Origin: Octopus sinensis
Lineage: Eukaryota
Direction of reading: 5' to 3'
Length of the DNA: 64,000 nucleotides
Assembly: GCF_006345805.1 (NCBI RefSeq)
Contig: NC_042999.1
Span: 50,530,001-50,594,000 of the forward strand
Each line of letters begins with the position of its first letter. Position 1 is the first letter of the stretch. Shown in pieces: positions 1 through 12,950 of the stretch. Below the pieces are notes generated by a model. That model was not told where the DNA came from and did not search any database. It saw nothing but the letters and a program-made list of their open reading frames with translations. Position numbers and translations under genes: made by a program.

Positions 1-507
1 TCACATAACCAAAGTGTATAACACTAAGTCCACAAAGCTCTAACATGGAAACACTTCTTCTACCAATCTGTGTCTTCAATTTAGTAGATGCCTATAATTG
101 TTGTCAAATACCAGCCAAGCTTTCTCCTTTTAACTATGTAGCAAATGTCAGACACTGATTTCCTATAAAAACAGATGTATTGCCAAAGGATATAAGTGTC
201 TCGACATTAAATTAATTAGAAAACTTCGCAGTCTATTATCATGTCATCTACCATAATTTCAGTCATCTCCAAGACAACATATAAAAACTAAACCAATTAT
301 TTGGCTGATGTCTCATTTTACTGACTCTGAATGGAAGCAATATTGACTCTGGTAGGCTTTACAGTAAATATTAATTACACTGAAAATGTTGATTATGTCA
401 CATTTTCATGGAAGACATCTCACTTAGGATCAGCAGCTGCCCAAAACTGCCATCAAAGGACTACCTCCAAATGAGACATGATGTTGTCTCTAAAACAATA
501 TGCAATG

Positions 508-800
508 TTTGTTGTTTGTTCCTTCTCGAGCCATGCCTGGCTCATAAGGGCTGGTTTTCCGGTTTCCTTGGAATATAGGTTTCCCACCCATCACAGGTGA
601 GCTACAAGATGCAGGAGGAAAGAGTGAGAGAAAGTTGTGGCAAAAGAGTCAGCAGAAGTTCACCATTACCTTCTGCTGGAGCCACAAGGAGCTTAGGTGT
701 TTTGCTCATAAACACACACACATCGCCTGGTCTGAGATTCGAACCTGCGATCCCTCGACCGCGAGTCCGCTGCTCGAACAACTAGGCCGTGTGCCTCCAT
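508..800 (-). mobile_element. tRNA-derived SINE, family D, full length with TSD
   Basis: The minus strand begins with a tRNA-like head (A-box ggcctagttgttcgagc, B-box ggttcgaatc). It is homologous to 58797-59082 and flanked by the 11-bp direct repeat aatatgcaatg (497-507 and 801-811). Confidence 0.9.
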
Positions 801-2312
801 AATATGCAATGCCATCCGCAAAAAAGACTGTCTTGTAACAGATATAGAGAATAGCCCTGTTATTGAATAGATACACAAACATCAACTCAAGGATAAGCAA
901 AGAGAGAGAGATAATAACTATGGAAAATTGCTTTGAAGAATTGACCATCTATACTCAGAGAATAAATTCACATTTATACCAATAATAATTGGTGCATTCG
1001 GTTTTGTTAGTAAATGCCTGATAACCTGGTAGGGCAAAGGTTTTAATAAAACTAAATCATCCAGCTAATATGCATGCTACACATACAATTTGTAAGTGGA
1101 GCAGTAAAAATATGCAAGATTTTTCTCAAATTCAACATAAGGCTTTGTTTTTATCTACATTCCAGTCTTGGAGCTTTGTATCATTGTTAGAAACCAACTC
1201 CTTCCTTACAGAAAGAATTCAAATAATTAAAAATAGAAGTAAAATATAAATATATGTGTGTGCATGTATGAATGAGTGTTTGTGTCTTTACAAATGGGAG
1301 AAGAAATTACTCAATATTTGTAAAAGAATGGATAAAATCTTTTTCAATGCAACTTCAAGATTTGCATTTCGGTTTTTCAGTGCTGTGGAAAATGGTAACA
1401 TTCAGCTCACATATGCAATGAAAGGAAGCATCAGCTTTGAAAAAAATGAATATCTATCATATTGTATATTTGCATGTATAAATCACACACACATATTCCA
1501 GGGGCATACAATGTAAAAACAGCATGTGACATACCTAGTGAAAATACAAATATAGTGTAGAGCAAAAAAATATAAGGCAAATTGTAAATGTCAAAATCAG
1601 ACATTCAAGACCGTGTTAATGTGAAGTTAGCTGACTGCTGAAAGCCAGTGTGTGTGATTTGAGTTTCTAAAGAGTAATTAAATGTAATAAAACACACTAA
1701 CATTAATTACATGCACATTCTATTTAATTCAGTTTCTTGCATAAACTCTAAGTCAATAATAAAATTTAATGATAATTTCTGAATCCCATGATTTACTTTA
1801 GGTAAACAAACCCTTTGAATCCCTTATTGACAAGACATGAAATTAATTAGTTATTGTCACCATACATTATAATAGCACCACAATAAGGCAGTGAAATGGC
1901 AGAATCATTAATTCACCAGACAAAATACTTAATGGTATTTCATGTATATACACATTTTGAGTTCAAATTTTTCACAGGTCAACTTGACTTATCATCCTTT
2001 CAGGGTTGATAGAATAAGTACCAGTCAAGCCCTAGGGGTAATGAAATCAATTCGCTCCCTCCCCCAAAATTTAAGGCCTTGTGCTTATAGTAGAAAGGCT
2101 TATTATTGCACCACATCAGGGTGGTTGGTGGATTGTCAAAAAAATGCATAAGAGCATCAGGAAAGAAAAATTACTTTACAGAAATTATTTCAACCCTTCT
2201 CATTCTGTGCTCAAATCCTGTCAAAGTCGATTTCATCTTTCATTCCTCTGAGGGTCAATAAAATAAAGTATCAGTGTGAAGTATTGGAGTTGATGATATT
2301 GACTAACTACTA

Positions 2313-2528
2313 AGGCAGTGAACTGGCAGAATCGTTACCACGAAATGCTTAGCGGTATTTCATCAGTCGCTACATTCTGAGTTCAAATTCCACCGAAGTC
2401 AACTTTGCCTTTCATCCTTCCAGGGCCGATAAATTAAGTACCAGTTGAGTGCTGAGATCGACGTAATCGACTTAGCCCCACCCCCCCAAAAAAAAAATTT
2501 CAGCCCTTGTGCCTTTAGTAGAAAAGGA
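2313..2528 (+). mobile_element. tRNA-derived SINE, family B (short tail type)
   Basis: A-box tggcagaatcgttacc, B-box gagttcaaattcc, and the central ctttcatccttccagggccgataaattaagtaccag block shared by more than 15 copies in the window. Confidence 0.85.
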
Positions 2529-2941
2529 TATTGCTTAACTGCTTCCTCTCAAAACTACTTGCCTTGTGCATAAATTAGAACCAGTAATTTTTACTCATCA
2601 AAGTATTGCTCGACCACTATAGTGTATTATTTAAACACTACAAAGTATTGTCTGACCACCAGAGTGTATTGACTGTCTACTGCTGACATGTAATTTGGTC
2701 CCTTTCATAAGCTCCTAAACATGTTCTCTACCAGGAAACATATTTTATATTATTAAAATATAGTTAAGATGTTGCATACATGCCTAGGTAGCCGGAAGGT
2801 GTTACTTATTTTGTTAATGCATGTGATAATATTTTTTAATATGTTGAGATTAAATAAACGCAATTGAATTATTAACATGAGGTTTATTTGTTAAGAGATA
2901 CTTCAGGATTTGTCTATATATAGTTTTATTAGATATACATT

Positions 2942-3540
2942 GAGAAGACCTGGCAAGCCAAATGAGACCATAACCTTGTGACCTATGCCAGGGGTGTAAC
3001 CAGCCCACTTATATGTACCTTTCTTTCATTGGACACTAAACTCGGCTTGCGAAGACCTGTTGAGGCAAGTGAAATTGAAATCAAATTCGATGACTGGCAT
3101 CCATGCTAGTGGAGCATTAAGAGCACCATCCGAGTGTGATTGTTGCCAGAGCAGCAAACTGTTTTCTGTGCCAGTGGCATGTAAAAAGCACCATTCAAGT
3201 GTGATTGTTACCTGTATCGCCTTACTGGCACGTGAAAAAATATTTGAACAAGATCATTGCCAGTGCCGCTGGACTGGCTCCTGCGCAGGTGGCATGTAAA
3301 AAACACTATTTGAGTGTGGTCGTTGCCAGTACCGCCTGACTAGTCTTTATGCCGGTGGCATGTAAAAGCACCCACTACACTCTCAGAGTGGTTGGCATTA
3401 GGAAGGACATCCAGCTGTAGAAACTCTGCCAGATCAGATTGGAGCCTGGTGCAGCCATCTGGTTCACCAGTCCTCAGTCAAATCGTCCAACCCATGCTAG
3501 CATGGAAAGTGGATGTTAAACAATGATGATGATGATGATA
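2942..3540 (+). mobile_element. 5'-truncated RTE-clade LINE 3' end (ORF-end remnant, 3'UTR, (GAT)n tail)
   Basis: Starts at gagaagacctggcaag (EKTWQ, matching the RTE ORF end EKTRQ/EKTRR), contains ~55-bp subrepeats and the conserved tail aggaaggacatccagctgtagaaactctgccagatcag...gatgatgat. Confidence 0.85.
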
Positions 3541-4509
3541 TCAGGTGAATCTATAATGTTTAATTTTCAATATTTTAAAAGAAATTTCATTCAGGCATAT
3601 TTTCATATATAAACAGTAATGACAAACATGGGTGAGAATGTTGAATGTGAAATGGAGGGGCAGCTTATCTAGCAGTGTAAATATATATAGAAGTAGATAG
3701 AATTGTTTTTAATTTAGGCATAGAGCCAGCAACTTTAAGAAGAGCAGGAAAGTCAATTGCATCAACCTCCAGTATTTGACTAATATTTTATTTTATCAAT
3801 TTTGAGAGGATGAAAATCAAAGTTGACCTCAACAGGATTTGAACTCAAAATATAAAGAGTCAGAAGAAATGTCACGAAGCATTATGTCCAAAGCAGTAGT
3901 AATTCTACTAGCTCACTGCCTTTATAAGTCAGGTAGATGGTTTTGCTTCTCTGTTTTGTGCTGGAAGGGGAAAGCAGTAGCACTGCTGAGGGAGGTGAAA
4001 GAGAAAGAAAGTATAGTAAGGAATGATGAAATAGATAGATAGATAGCTAGACTGGGAGAATGGTGAGAGCAGTTGCACAATAGTGAGGCTAGCAGATAGT
4101 GAAATATAGGGAGGAATGGAAGAAAAAGTGTGAGAAAAAGAAATAGGATGAGCAAGAAAGGTAAAGCAAAAAGGAGAGAAGATGAAGAAACAGAAGGTAT
4201 ATAGAAACCAAGTTAGAGAGAGAAGGGTGACAGTTGAATTGAAGTTCTTTTTGTGTTATATTTGAACAGAACATATTACTGAGATGAAAGTAATTGAAAT
4301 CAACAAACATAACCTGGTGGTAAGAGGTTAGCAATCTGATGCTTCATTGAACTAAAATGTACCATCAATTGAAACAAACTGAATGCAGGTAGAAAGACCA
4401 TTTCTGATGGTTGAGTTCCATTTGAAAAACAGAACAGCTTGCTCCAGCTGTGTTAGGCAAAAGAAAAAAAATAGAGTGAATGAGAGCTTTGAGTTCTCTC
4501 TATATATAT

Positions 4510-5215
4510 TCATAGCTGAGAAATCCTATTCTGTGCTTTTTCAAATAAGTCAGTGAAAAACCATGAAAGATCAAAGCTTCAGTTGGTTGCATGAGGGCTG
4601 CTATCCATCTAGTAAATATTTATGTGTAGATGATCTGTCTAAAAAATTCTACACTTTTAAAAGAGTTGGGGCAGCATGCTCATGATTGCTGTACTGTGTA
4701 TGGAAAAACCTTGACTTTCAGTTTAATAACAGCCATATCTTACCAATTCAGTTAATCATTGATCTACACATGTTTGAGTGAAAATATGTTTAATGCCCTC
4801 AGAGATTTGTTACAACAAGATGAACAATGAACAATATCGAAGATCCATGAAAACATTCGCCTGACTGTCTGTAAGGTTTCTGAAGAAGAAGTCATTGAAG
4901 ATACCTCATGCAGAATACATGAAAAAAAAAAAAGAACTAAATAACAGTGAATCAGGCGCTATTTGATTGTTTGGGTATTGCTAGAAACTTTATCAAAACA
5001 AAACGGCAGTCATCACAGTGAGTTGTATCCTTGTCTCCAAGACCAAAAATGCCTGTCAGAGTCAATCAAATGTGAAGGTGATGTTGAGTATTGTATTTGA
5101 TTGTGATGTCATTCATTATAGGATTTTTATCGTGGATGTCTTGAGGCATTTGAGAGAAACAGTATGAAGGAAGAAATATGGGACGTGGGCAAATGAAACC
5201 TAAATGTTGCACTAC
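4510..5215 (+). pseudogene. Degraded mariner transposase relic
   Basis: Frameshifted translation gives IHENIRLTV..VSEE, KTKRQSSQ, SPRPKNACQSQSNVKVMLSIVFDCD and VLRHLRETV*RKK..W, which match the mariner transposase core; there are many stops. Confidence 0.7.
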
Positions 5216-5280
5216 AGTTATAATAATTAGAGATTAATTATATGGATTCAGTATATATTACACATACATACACTGATACA

Positions 5281-5705
5281 TACAGGGTGCAATGGGCAAA
5301 TTTATATATTTTTAATTTCATACTTGTGCATTGCTTGTTTTTGATTTTGTCCACAACACAGTATAGTAGGGTCAGTTGGGCACCATTTGTGAGAAAAACA
5401 GCACCATGATGCAATTCACTCTGCCAGAAATTTGGAAACAACATGCAGTACTGCTTGGCATTCATCCTGGAAGCTCCATTACGAATATATAAGAGTGTTT
5501 GGGTGTCAATCTGAAGAAATGTACTGCGAGTGATAAAAATCAAACATCCAGTCAACATCATAGTGTTTGGAGTGATCACTAGTGATGGCAATGTTATGCC
5601 ACTATTCATCTTCCCACATGGCTTCACACTTAACATGGAGACCTACATCAAGTGTCTGGAGGAGGTAGTATTGCCTTGGGTCAAGAGCGTGACTGCTGGA
5701 AGTAG
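5281..5705 (+). mobile_element. Internally deleted maT/DD37D-type Tc1-mariner element
   Basis: TIR-like start tacagggtg. ORF 5530-5745 reads KIKHPVNIIVFGVITSDGNVMPLFIFPHGFTLNMETYIKCLEEVVLPWVKSV, resembling the KHPASVMVWG...VMPPHFFP..L..VVKPW segment of maT/Bmmar1-type transposases. Confidence 0.75.
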
Positions 5706-5711
5706 TATGCA

Positions 5712-5830
5712 ATTGGTACTTAATTTATTGACCCTGAAAGGATGAAAGACAAAGTCGACATTGGTGGAATTTGAACTCAGAACATAAAGACAGACGAAAT
5801 ACTGCTAAGCATTTTGCTTGCCACCTTGAT
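5712..5830 (-). mobile_element. SINE family B fragment
   Basis: Reverse complement of the family B head and central block (gaccctgaaaggatgaaagacaaagtcgac...gaatttgaactc). Confidence 0.75.
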
Positions 5831-6658
5831 ACAATATTTTATTGACACCTTGCCCTCAGAAAGATGTAAGGCAAAAGTGACCTTAACAGGGCTTGAACTC
5901 TCAATGTAAAGAAAAAAACAGAACAAATACTATAAGGCATTTTGTTCAATACCCAAAATGTACTGTAGATTCCTCACCTTAATAACCCAACTTGGTATTC
6001 AGAATGAAAACTGCTAAGAATTATAAATCCCAAAGGATCACAGAGTTTCTTTTGAATAAGCAATAAATAACAACTCAACAATGGAACACTAAAACTAAAA
6101 GTGGCAACATTGCCAATGACCATGTGCAATCAATAAAACAAAGAATTCTCACGGGAATAGCAATATTTGTTTACACACAAGAGCTGTCTCTCTGAAATAA
6201 CATCTTGTAGGATCAGAGATGCATGTACAAGAGAAAATATCTATTGTAAATCTTCTTGCTGCAAAGTGAACCATGTAAGTAAGAGATTTGGAAGAAAATC
6301 ATAGAGTGTAAACAGCATTTTCATTGAAAATGCATAATGCTCCTTTTCAAGATCATGAAAGATTCTAAATAAGATGTACTGACAGTAGAGAAGGGTTTTA
6401 ACTATAACTCATGGCCAAATAGCTGGGGAAAACATATTGAAATTTCATTTGCTTATACAATGTGTAGACAAAAGTCATGTTTCACTATTTTTACACCGAA
6501 ACTACAAGGCCAACAGTTGTCTTTGATTTTATTGACCTTTATAGACTTGTAGTAAATAAGAACATTTACACACACATATCTACCTATCTATCTATCTATC
6601 TATATATATATATATAAATATATGAAAGAATGGAGTTGAACGACGAATTATATATATA

Positions 6659-6788
6659 TCATCATCATCGTTTAACGTCTGCTTTCCATGCTAGCATGGG
6701 TTGGATGGTTCGACTGGGGTCTGGGAAGCCAGAAGGCTGCACCAGGCCCAGTCTGATCTGGCAGTGTTTCTACAGCTGGATGCCCTTA
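6659..6788 (-). mobile_element. Short RTE 3' tail fragment inserted in (TA)n
   Basis: catcatcatcgtttaacgtctgctttccatgctagc...ggatgccctt, flanked on both sides by (TA)n. Confidence 0.85.
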
Positions 6789-7102
6789 TATATATATATA
6801 TATAATAAATGATGAATACTGTAGCTGGTATTAGATTTATTCCACATTTACAATTGTATCAACAATGTGTGGGTTACAAGTCAACATTCTGAATGTAGAC
6901 TTGAATGAGAGCAATGATATAGTCAAGTCTCATGTCCACTATGTAATATATATTACACGATAGTCTCCAAAGTCATTTAAACATAACTGAACATACGAAT
7001 ATAATACAAAAACTGGTTATTTCACTTAAAGAGACGGAAATGATGTGAAAATGTTTTTCCCTTAAGTAATCATTAAAATAAATAAGAACGTTTGTACAGA
7101 TA

Positions 7103-7486
7103 GGCGTAGGAGCTGCTGTGTGGTAAGTAGCTTATTGACGAACCACATGGTTCTATGTTCAGTCCCACTGTGTGGCACCTCGGGCAAGTGTCTTCTACTA
7201 TAGCCTCAGGCAGACCAAAGCCTTGTGAGTGAATTCAGTAGACGAAAACTGAAAGAAGCCCATCGTATATATGTATATATATGTATGTGTGTGTATATGT
7301 TTGTGTGTCTATATTTGTCCCCACCAATATCACTTGACAACCGATGCTGGTGTGTTTACGTCCCTGTAAATTAGTAGTTCAGCACAAAGAGACGAAGAGT
7401 AAGTCCCAGGGTTGATTTGCTTGACTAAAGGTGCTGCTCCAGCAAGGCCACAGTCAAATGACTGAAACAAGTAAAAGAGTAAAGAG
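7103..7486 (+). mobile_element. tRNA-derived SINE, family A, with internal (TA)/(TG) microsatellite
   Basis: Head ggcgtaggag..gctgtgtggtaagtagc, B-box-like gttcagtccc, internal microsatellite, and tail gaaacaagtaaaagagtaaagag; about 15 homologous copies in the window. Confidence 0.9.
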
Positions 7487-7770
7487 TATATGTTTCGGAA
7501 TAATTGTCACTCATGACAGAAGAGGTACCATTATTCTTTGGTTACCTAAAGAACTTTAAATCAGTTTATTTTATATAGTGGTAGTTTATCAGGATACAAC
7601 AGTAACAGTTCTCCTGATTTACATTTAATATGTTAAATCAATCACATGGTAAATTATATAATTATTATTCATATAGAACAAAGCATAAATCAATAAACTT
7701 GAAAGAGGTCCAGATATTTTTTGAAAACATTTAGCTATAGAAATTGAAATAATGTGAAAGCATTTTACTG

Positions 7771-8177
7771 TTACTCTTTTACTCTTTTGTTTCAGTCATT
7801 TGACTGTGGCCATGCTGGAGCACCGTCTTTAGTCGAGCAAATCGACCCCAGGACTTATTCTTTGTAAGCCTAGTACTTATTCTATCGGACTCTTTTTGGG
7901 GACATAAACACACCAGCATCGGTTGTCAAGCAATGTCGGTGGAACAAACACAGACACACAAACACAGACACACAAACACACACAGACATATATATATATA
8001 TATATACATACATACGATGGGCTTCTTTCAGTTTCCATCTACCAAATCCACTCACAAGGCTTTGGTCAGCCCGAGGCTATAGTAGAAGACACTTGCCCAA
8101 GGTGCCATGCAGTGGGACTGAACCCGGAACCATGTGGTTCGTCAGCAAGCTACTTACCACACAGCCACTCCTGCATC
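7771..8177 (-). mobile_element. SINE family A
   Basis: Near full-length reverse-complement copy. Confidence 0.9.
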
Positions 8178-8494
8178 TAAAAAATAAAGTCGACCTTGGC
8201 GGAATTTGAACTCAGAGCATTTTGCTTGGTGTGCTAATGATTCTACCAGCTCACCGCCTTTTGTCTGAAGTAAACAGAAAAATAGCTGGGAATATCTTTA
8301 CAGAATTCTTTCAATGTTATCAGGGCTCCTGAAATAGACCTGTGAGAAAATCCCTAATTATTTTTCTGTTTACTTAAAAGAATAGTAGGATGTTTTTACA
8401 TTATTAAAATCTTCATGGGTAAAGGCTTTCAAATAGAAAGCTTTAAAGTTATCTACATTATACATGTTTCAAGTATTCTGGATTACACTGTGAT

Positions 8495-8650
8495 ATGTAT
8501 ATATGTATGCATGTATGTATGTATGTATGCATACATACATGTATGTATGCATGTATGTATGCATGTATATATGCGTGCATGTATGTATGTCTATGTATGT
8601 ACATATGTATGTATACATGTATGCATGTGTGTACTCACGCATATGCATGC
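8495..8650. repeat. (TATG/CATG)n compound microsatellite
   Basis: Directly visible. Confidence 0.9.
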
Positions 8651-9639
8651 ATATATCTTTCACCAATATACATCAGTAATGCATATAATTATCACTGAGA
8701 GAGAAAAAAAAGTCAGTGCTTTATGAATACCTGTGAGATAATTGTTCTGCACTGAATGAGAGTCTCCCTTGTCACTCCCTCCAGCAGAAATGTAATGAAC
8801 TAGTGACTGGTCTATGTAATCAGCAATGCCATTATCCTTAAATCACAATGTGAAACAAACAAAGAAAGAAAGAAAGAAAAAAGAAAGAAAGAAAGAAAAA
8901 AGAAAGAAAGAAAGAAAGACCTGCAGCAGACAGACATGCGGGCAGACTGACAGACAGACACATAGATAGATAGAGTTAGTTATAAGTAGCTTCTGTATAA
9001 TTAAAATATATTGTAGAATGTGTATAGATATGCTCTGAAGTTTTTTGTTTCTAAGTTAATGCAATTCAATGCATTTTTAATATATATACTGTATATCAGC
9101 ACTTGAAATATTTAAGTAGACTCTCCTTCAACAGTAATATATATATATATATTGATGCCAGTGAAAGAAAATTTAAAAAACCAGAAATTTCAGAAAATAG
9201 CAATCTCATCAGATTTTGTTTCCTAAACAATGAATTACATTAACAAAAAGCATCACAGCAAACAAATGAGAGAAGTAACTCAACCTGCAAAAACTGCAGC
9301 CAATCTCCCTCAGTCCACACACACTGCCATTAAAAAATGTAGGAATATATAAGATAATGTTGTGTTAGATACATTATAACAAAAAATGAGATGAGATAAT
9401 AAGGATGATAGATTTTCTCGATTAGTGTTGATCTGAATTTGAATCAATGCTGTCTTATAACATCAACACATTAGACAGCTGCCCAAGTGCCTCATGAGTC
9501 TAAGGGCCCAATTCTGACCTATGTATTCTGTAGCTTACCAATAGATAAACACTATAGGGTCATGTGCTTTGGTTTATCCAGGGGCCTATAATGCTGCTAA
9601 GATGGCACTGGTTTAAGCACCAGCACCACCACCACCACC

Positions 9640-10010
9640 AACAACAACAACACCTCATCTGAAGGAAGTCTTCATGAAGAAGCTGGATGAAAGAACCGAA
9701 GCAGCCGTCTTGAAGGCAGACTTCACAGACATGATATGCTTCTGTAGTGATCATCATCCGGCACTCAGGCGGTGGTAAAAGATGGCAGGGTGCAGCGACA
9801 TAGATCAATGCAGACTCTGTAACGAGGAGATGGAATCTGCAGAACTTCTTTGGCTGAGATGTCCGGCCCAGATGGTGGAACGCTATATCCACCAACTAGG
9901 GGCTACAATGGATGAGATGATTCGTCTCCCTTCCACGGCTCTAGCGCTCATGAGAGTTATTCTCAGGCGCTTGAGGTGACCAACAGAAACGGAGAGACAA
10001 CAACAACAAT
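9640..10010 (+). mobile_element. 3' fragment of an Ingi/I-group non-LTR retrotransposon ORF with (CAA)n tail
   Basis: Translation SDHHPALRRW*KMAGCSDIDQCRLCNEEMESAELLWLRCPA...LALMRVILRRLR* carries a decayed C-terminal CxxC-x7-H-x4-C knuckle (H replaced by L), followed by caacaacaac. Confidence 0.7.
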
Positions 10011-11549
10011 GGCAACAGCATCAGCAGCAGCAACCGTCCAAGAATTTGAACCTGGAGATCACCATTTCCAGCAACTTCGAGGGCCACCCCCCAGTGGTGT
10101 CGGGCATCAACAATGAGCCCTTGACTACAACAAGACGACGAAAGTTTTTTTTTTTCCAAGGTCTGGGGTCTCCCGCCCCTAAGCCCTAGACCATTACCTA
10201 ATCATCCTTACCTGTCTTGTTGCTTAACAACAACAACAACAACAGCAGCAGCAACAACAGTACAACTTGAACTTAGCTATAGTCATGACTCAGCAGTGAG
10301 AATAACTTAGCAGCAAGTACCATGCATTTGTTAATTATATCAGGGGCCTATCTAGTTGCAAGTAGATACAGACCACCTCTCAGCCTTCCACCCTTTTTCC
10401 ATTGAAAGATCAAGGATGTAACAGCCAAAGAGATAGGGGGATGCATCAGCTAAGTAAACTAATTTCAGCTGAGTAAACTGAAGCAAAAAGGAAACGAAGT
10501 GCTTGCAGCAAGGATATAATGTGTTGCCTGGTCCAGGGAACCAAACCCGCAACCTTGATCCCAATATTCTAAGCATGAAACCACAAGCCTTCACACAATA
10601 ACAAGTAACATATAAGGCCAGTTTAAACAATAGCTGAAACATATCCACACAAAACTATACCTATCTAATTACAAGACCACTACTAAATATATCCAGAAGA
10701 ACTGGTGAAATAAGATTTTAGAACAAGATCCTAAAGAGTCTATCAGAATGATATTATATTCTATATTCTACTGAACAACTCTATCAAAAAGATATTCAAG
10801 AATATCCTTAGTGACACAAGAAATATATTTCTTATTGGCAGAAAATGGATATGAGCATTTACAAAGAAAGTAGTCTCTTTTGGACTCTCAACTACTAAAT
10901 CACCTCCTATTTCGAAATATTCTTAGCAAATGGCTCCAAAGTATTTTATGACTGAGAGAGATGAAGAAGCTTCTAAACTCCCAAGATGTAACCAGAAATG
11001 TTTATGGAATCAAGTTTGTGTTGTGGGCTTAATCTGCATATTCATCATTTGTGCTTAATGCCAAGTGATTACATTATATAATGATATTACAGAATAGTTA
11101 CAAAGATTACTCAAAGGGAATTGTCAAAAACATCAATGATACTCAACATAACCATAAATCTTAACTAAATGAATACTACAATTTGAAACTCCAACAAACT
11201 GCAAGTGTTGAAACTTCTCGATAAATATAAATGTGGTGGCTCTCAAACTGCTAAGAATAACAGCCTTGAAAGACTCAGTTAACATCTTAAAGCCTTGAAA
11301 AATAGGACACATTGGATTATGATATCCTAGATGCATTATATAAGAAAAAAAAAAAAGGAAAATGTGTTAGTTCCAGTTAGAATGTCTTTGGTCATGGTTG
11401 GCTCTGTCAGGGCTGTCTTCTGACAAAAAAAAAATAATCACATTTATATAAAACAACAAAAATATTCATGGAAGGTTGAATATCTTAAAGGACTTCAAAG
11501 TTAATTTAGCATAGAATAAAATCTTAGTAAATAGGAAAACAGACAAATT

Positions 11550-12050
11550 TCTGCTTCAATCAGGGGACCCTGCTCAATATGCAAAGAAGAAGTAGGTAGA
11601 AGTTCCATACAATGTACCAGATGCAAACTATGGACATATAAGAAATGCAGTAATGCTGACAGGTTAACAACGGAAGTGGACTTTGTATGTGACAGATGTT
11701 AAAGAGTAATAAAAACTAAGGGCACACAGGAAATAGACTTACCCAGGAGGATCCCTATAGGAAATAGACTTACCCAGGAGGATCCCTATAGGAAATAGTT
11801 AGCTTCGGTTACCTAGGTGACCTGATTAGGAGTGGAGGAAGATATTGTAAAAGTATAGCTGCTAGAATAAGAAAAGGCTAGGGAATGTTCAGAGAGCTTT
11901 TACCTATGATGGTAACAAAAGGTTTCTCTCTCAGAGTGAAAGGCAGAATGTATGGTGCTTGTGTACAAACTGCAATGCTAGGTAGCAGTGAGGTGTGGGC
12001 TCCAAATGCATAAGAATTGAAAAGACTAGAAAGAAGTTAGTATGCTCTAA
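11550..12050 (+). pseudogene. RTE-clade RT C-terminal region with Cys-rich PHD-like finger, degraded
   Basis: Translates PCSICKEEVGRSSIQCTRCKLWTYKKC...FVCDRC* then FGYLGDLIRSGG...ARIRKG*GMFRELLP...KGFSLRVKGRMYGACVQTAML. It is collinear with, and upstream of, the RTE ORF at 20245-20880. Confidence 0.8.
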
Positions 12051-12111
12051 TGCCTGACTTTCAGGGACACTGTATTTTGTTATGCAACCATAATATATTA
12101 CAAAGTATACT

Positions 12112-12343
12112 CTCTCTTTTTACTCTTTTACTTGTTTAAGTCAGTTGACTGCGGCCATGATGGAGCACCGCCTTTAGTCGAGCAAATCGACCCCAGGACT
12201 TATTCTTTGTAAGCCTGGTACTTATTCTATCGGTCTCTTTTACCGAACTGCTAAGTTATGGGGACGTAAACACACCAGCACCAGTTGTCAAGCGATGTTG
12301 GGGGGACAAACACACACACACAAACATACATACACACACACAC

Positions 12344-12386
<43 letters not shown>

Positions 12387-12547
12387 ACGAGCTTTTTTTA
12401 GTTTCTGTCTAGCAAATCCACTCTCAACGCTTTGGTCAGTCTGAGGCTATAGTAGAAGACACTTGCCCAAGGTGCCATGCAGTGGGACTGAACCCGGAAC
12501 CATATGGTTGGTAAGCAAGCTACTTACCAGACAGTGACTCCTAGGCC
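12112..12547 (-). mobile_element. SINE family A
   Basis: Full-length reverse copy with an expanded (TA)n core. Confidence 0.9.
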
Positions 12548-12669
12548 TACAATTAATAAACATGTGTGAAATCTGACTGGTGACTGCTGTTGCTGCAATC
12601 TACTGTTGTTTCCAGAGTAAGAAGAGGAGAGAAAGAGAGCTTGCTATGAAATAAAAGAGAGGAAGAAAT

Positions 12670-12950
12670 TTCTGCTTCCATCAGGAGACCCTGCTCAATA
12701 TGCAATAAATTAATAAGCATGCCTGAATGGCAAAGTATACATGCGTCAAGAGAAAAACTGTGCATAGAAGAAATCAGATGTAGTGTGCAAAAAAGAGAAG
12801 ATAGTGCTGGTATAGATATGTGATGTGTATGGATGAGAACAGCTGTAAAAAGAAGTATTGATATGAATGATGCTTGTAGAAGAAGGAGCACCAGGAAGAC
12901 ATGGGACGAAGTAATAAAGACTGATCACAAGAATTTGAACATCAAATATC
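12670..12950 (+). pseudogene. RTE ORF C-terminal fragment
   Basis: REKLCIEEIRCSVQKR...RKTWDEVIKTDHKNLNI is homologous to LREKLDLRSISCGVQERR...RKTWDEVVKHDLRTL at 20245-20880. Confidence 0.7.

Noticed and set aside
1256-1516. 86-aa ORF
   Set aside because: It starts in a TG repeat, resembles no known family and has no convincing splice sites.
9170-9225. Minus-strand CUGAUGA...GAAA hammerhead candidate
   Set aside because: Stems I and II do not pair.
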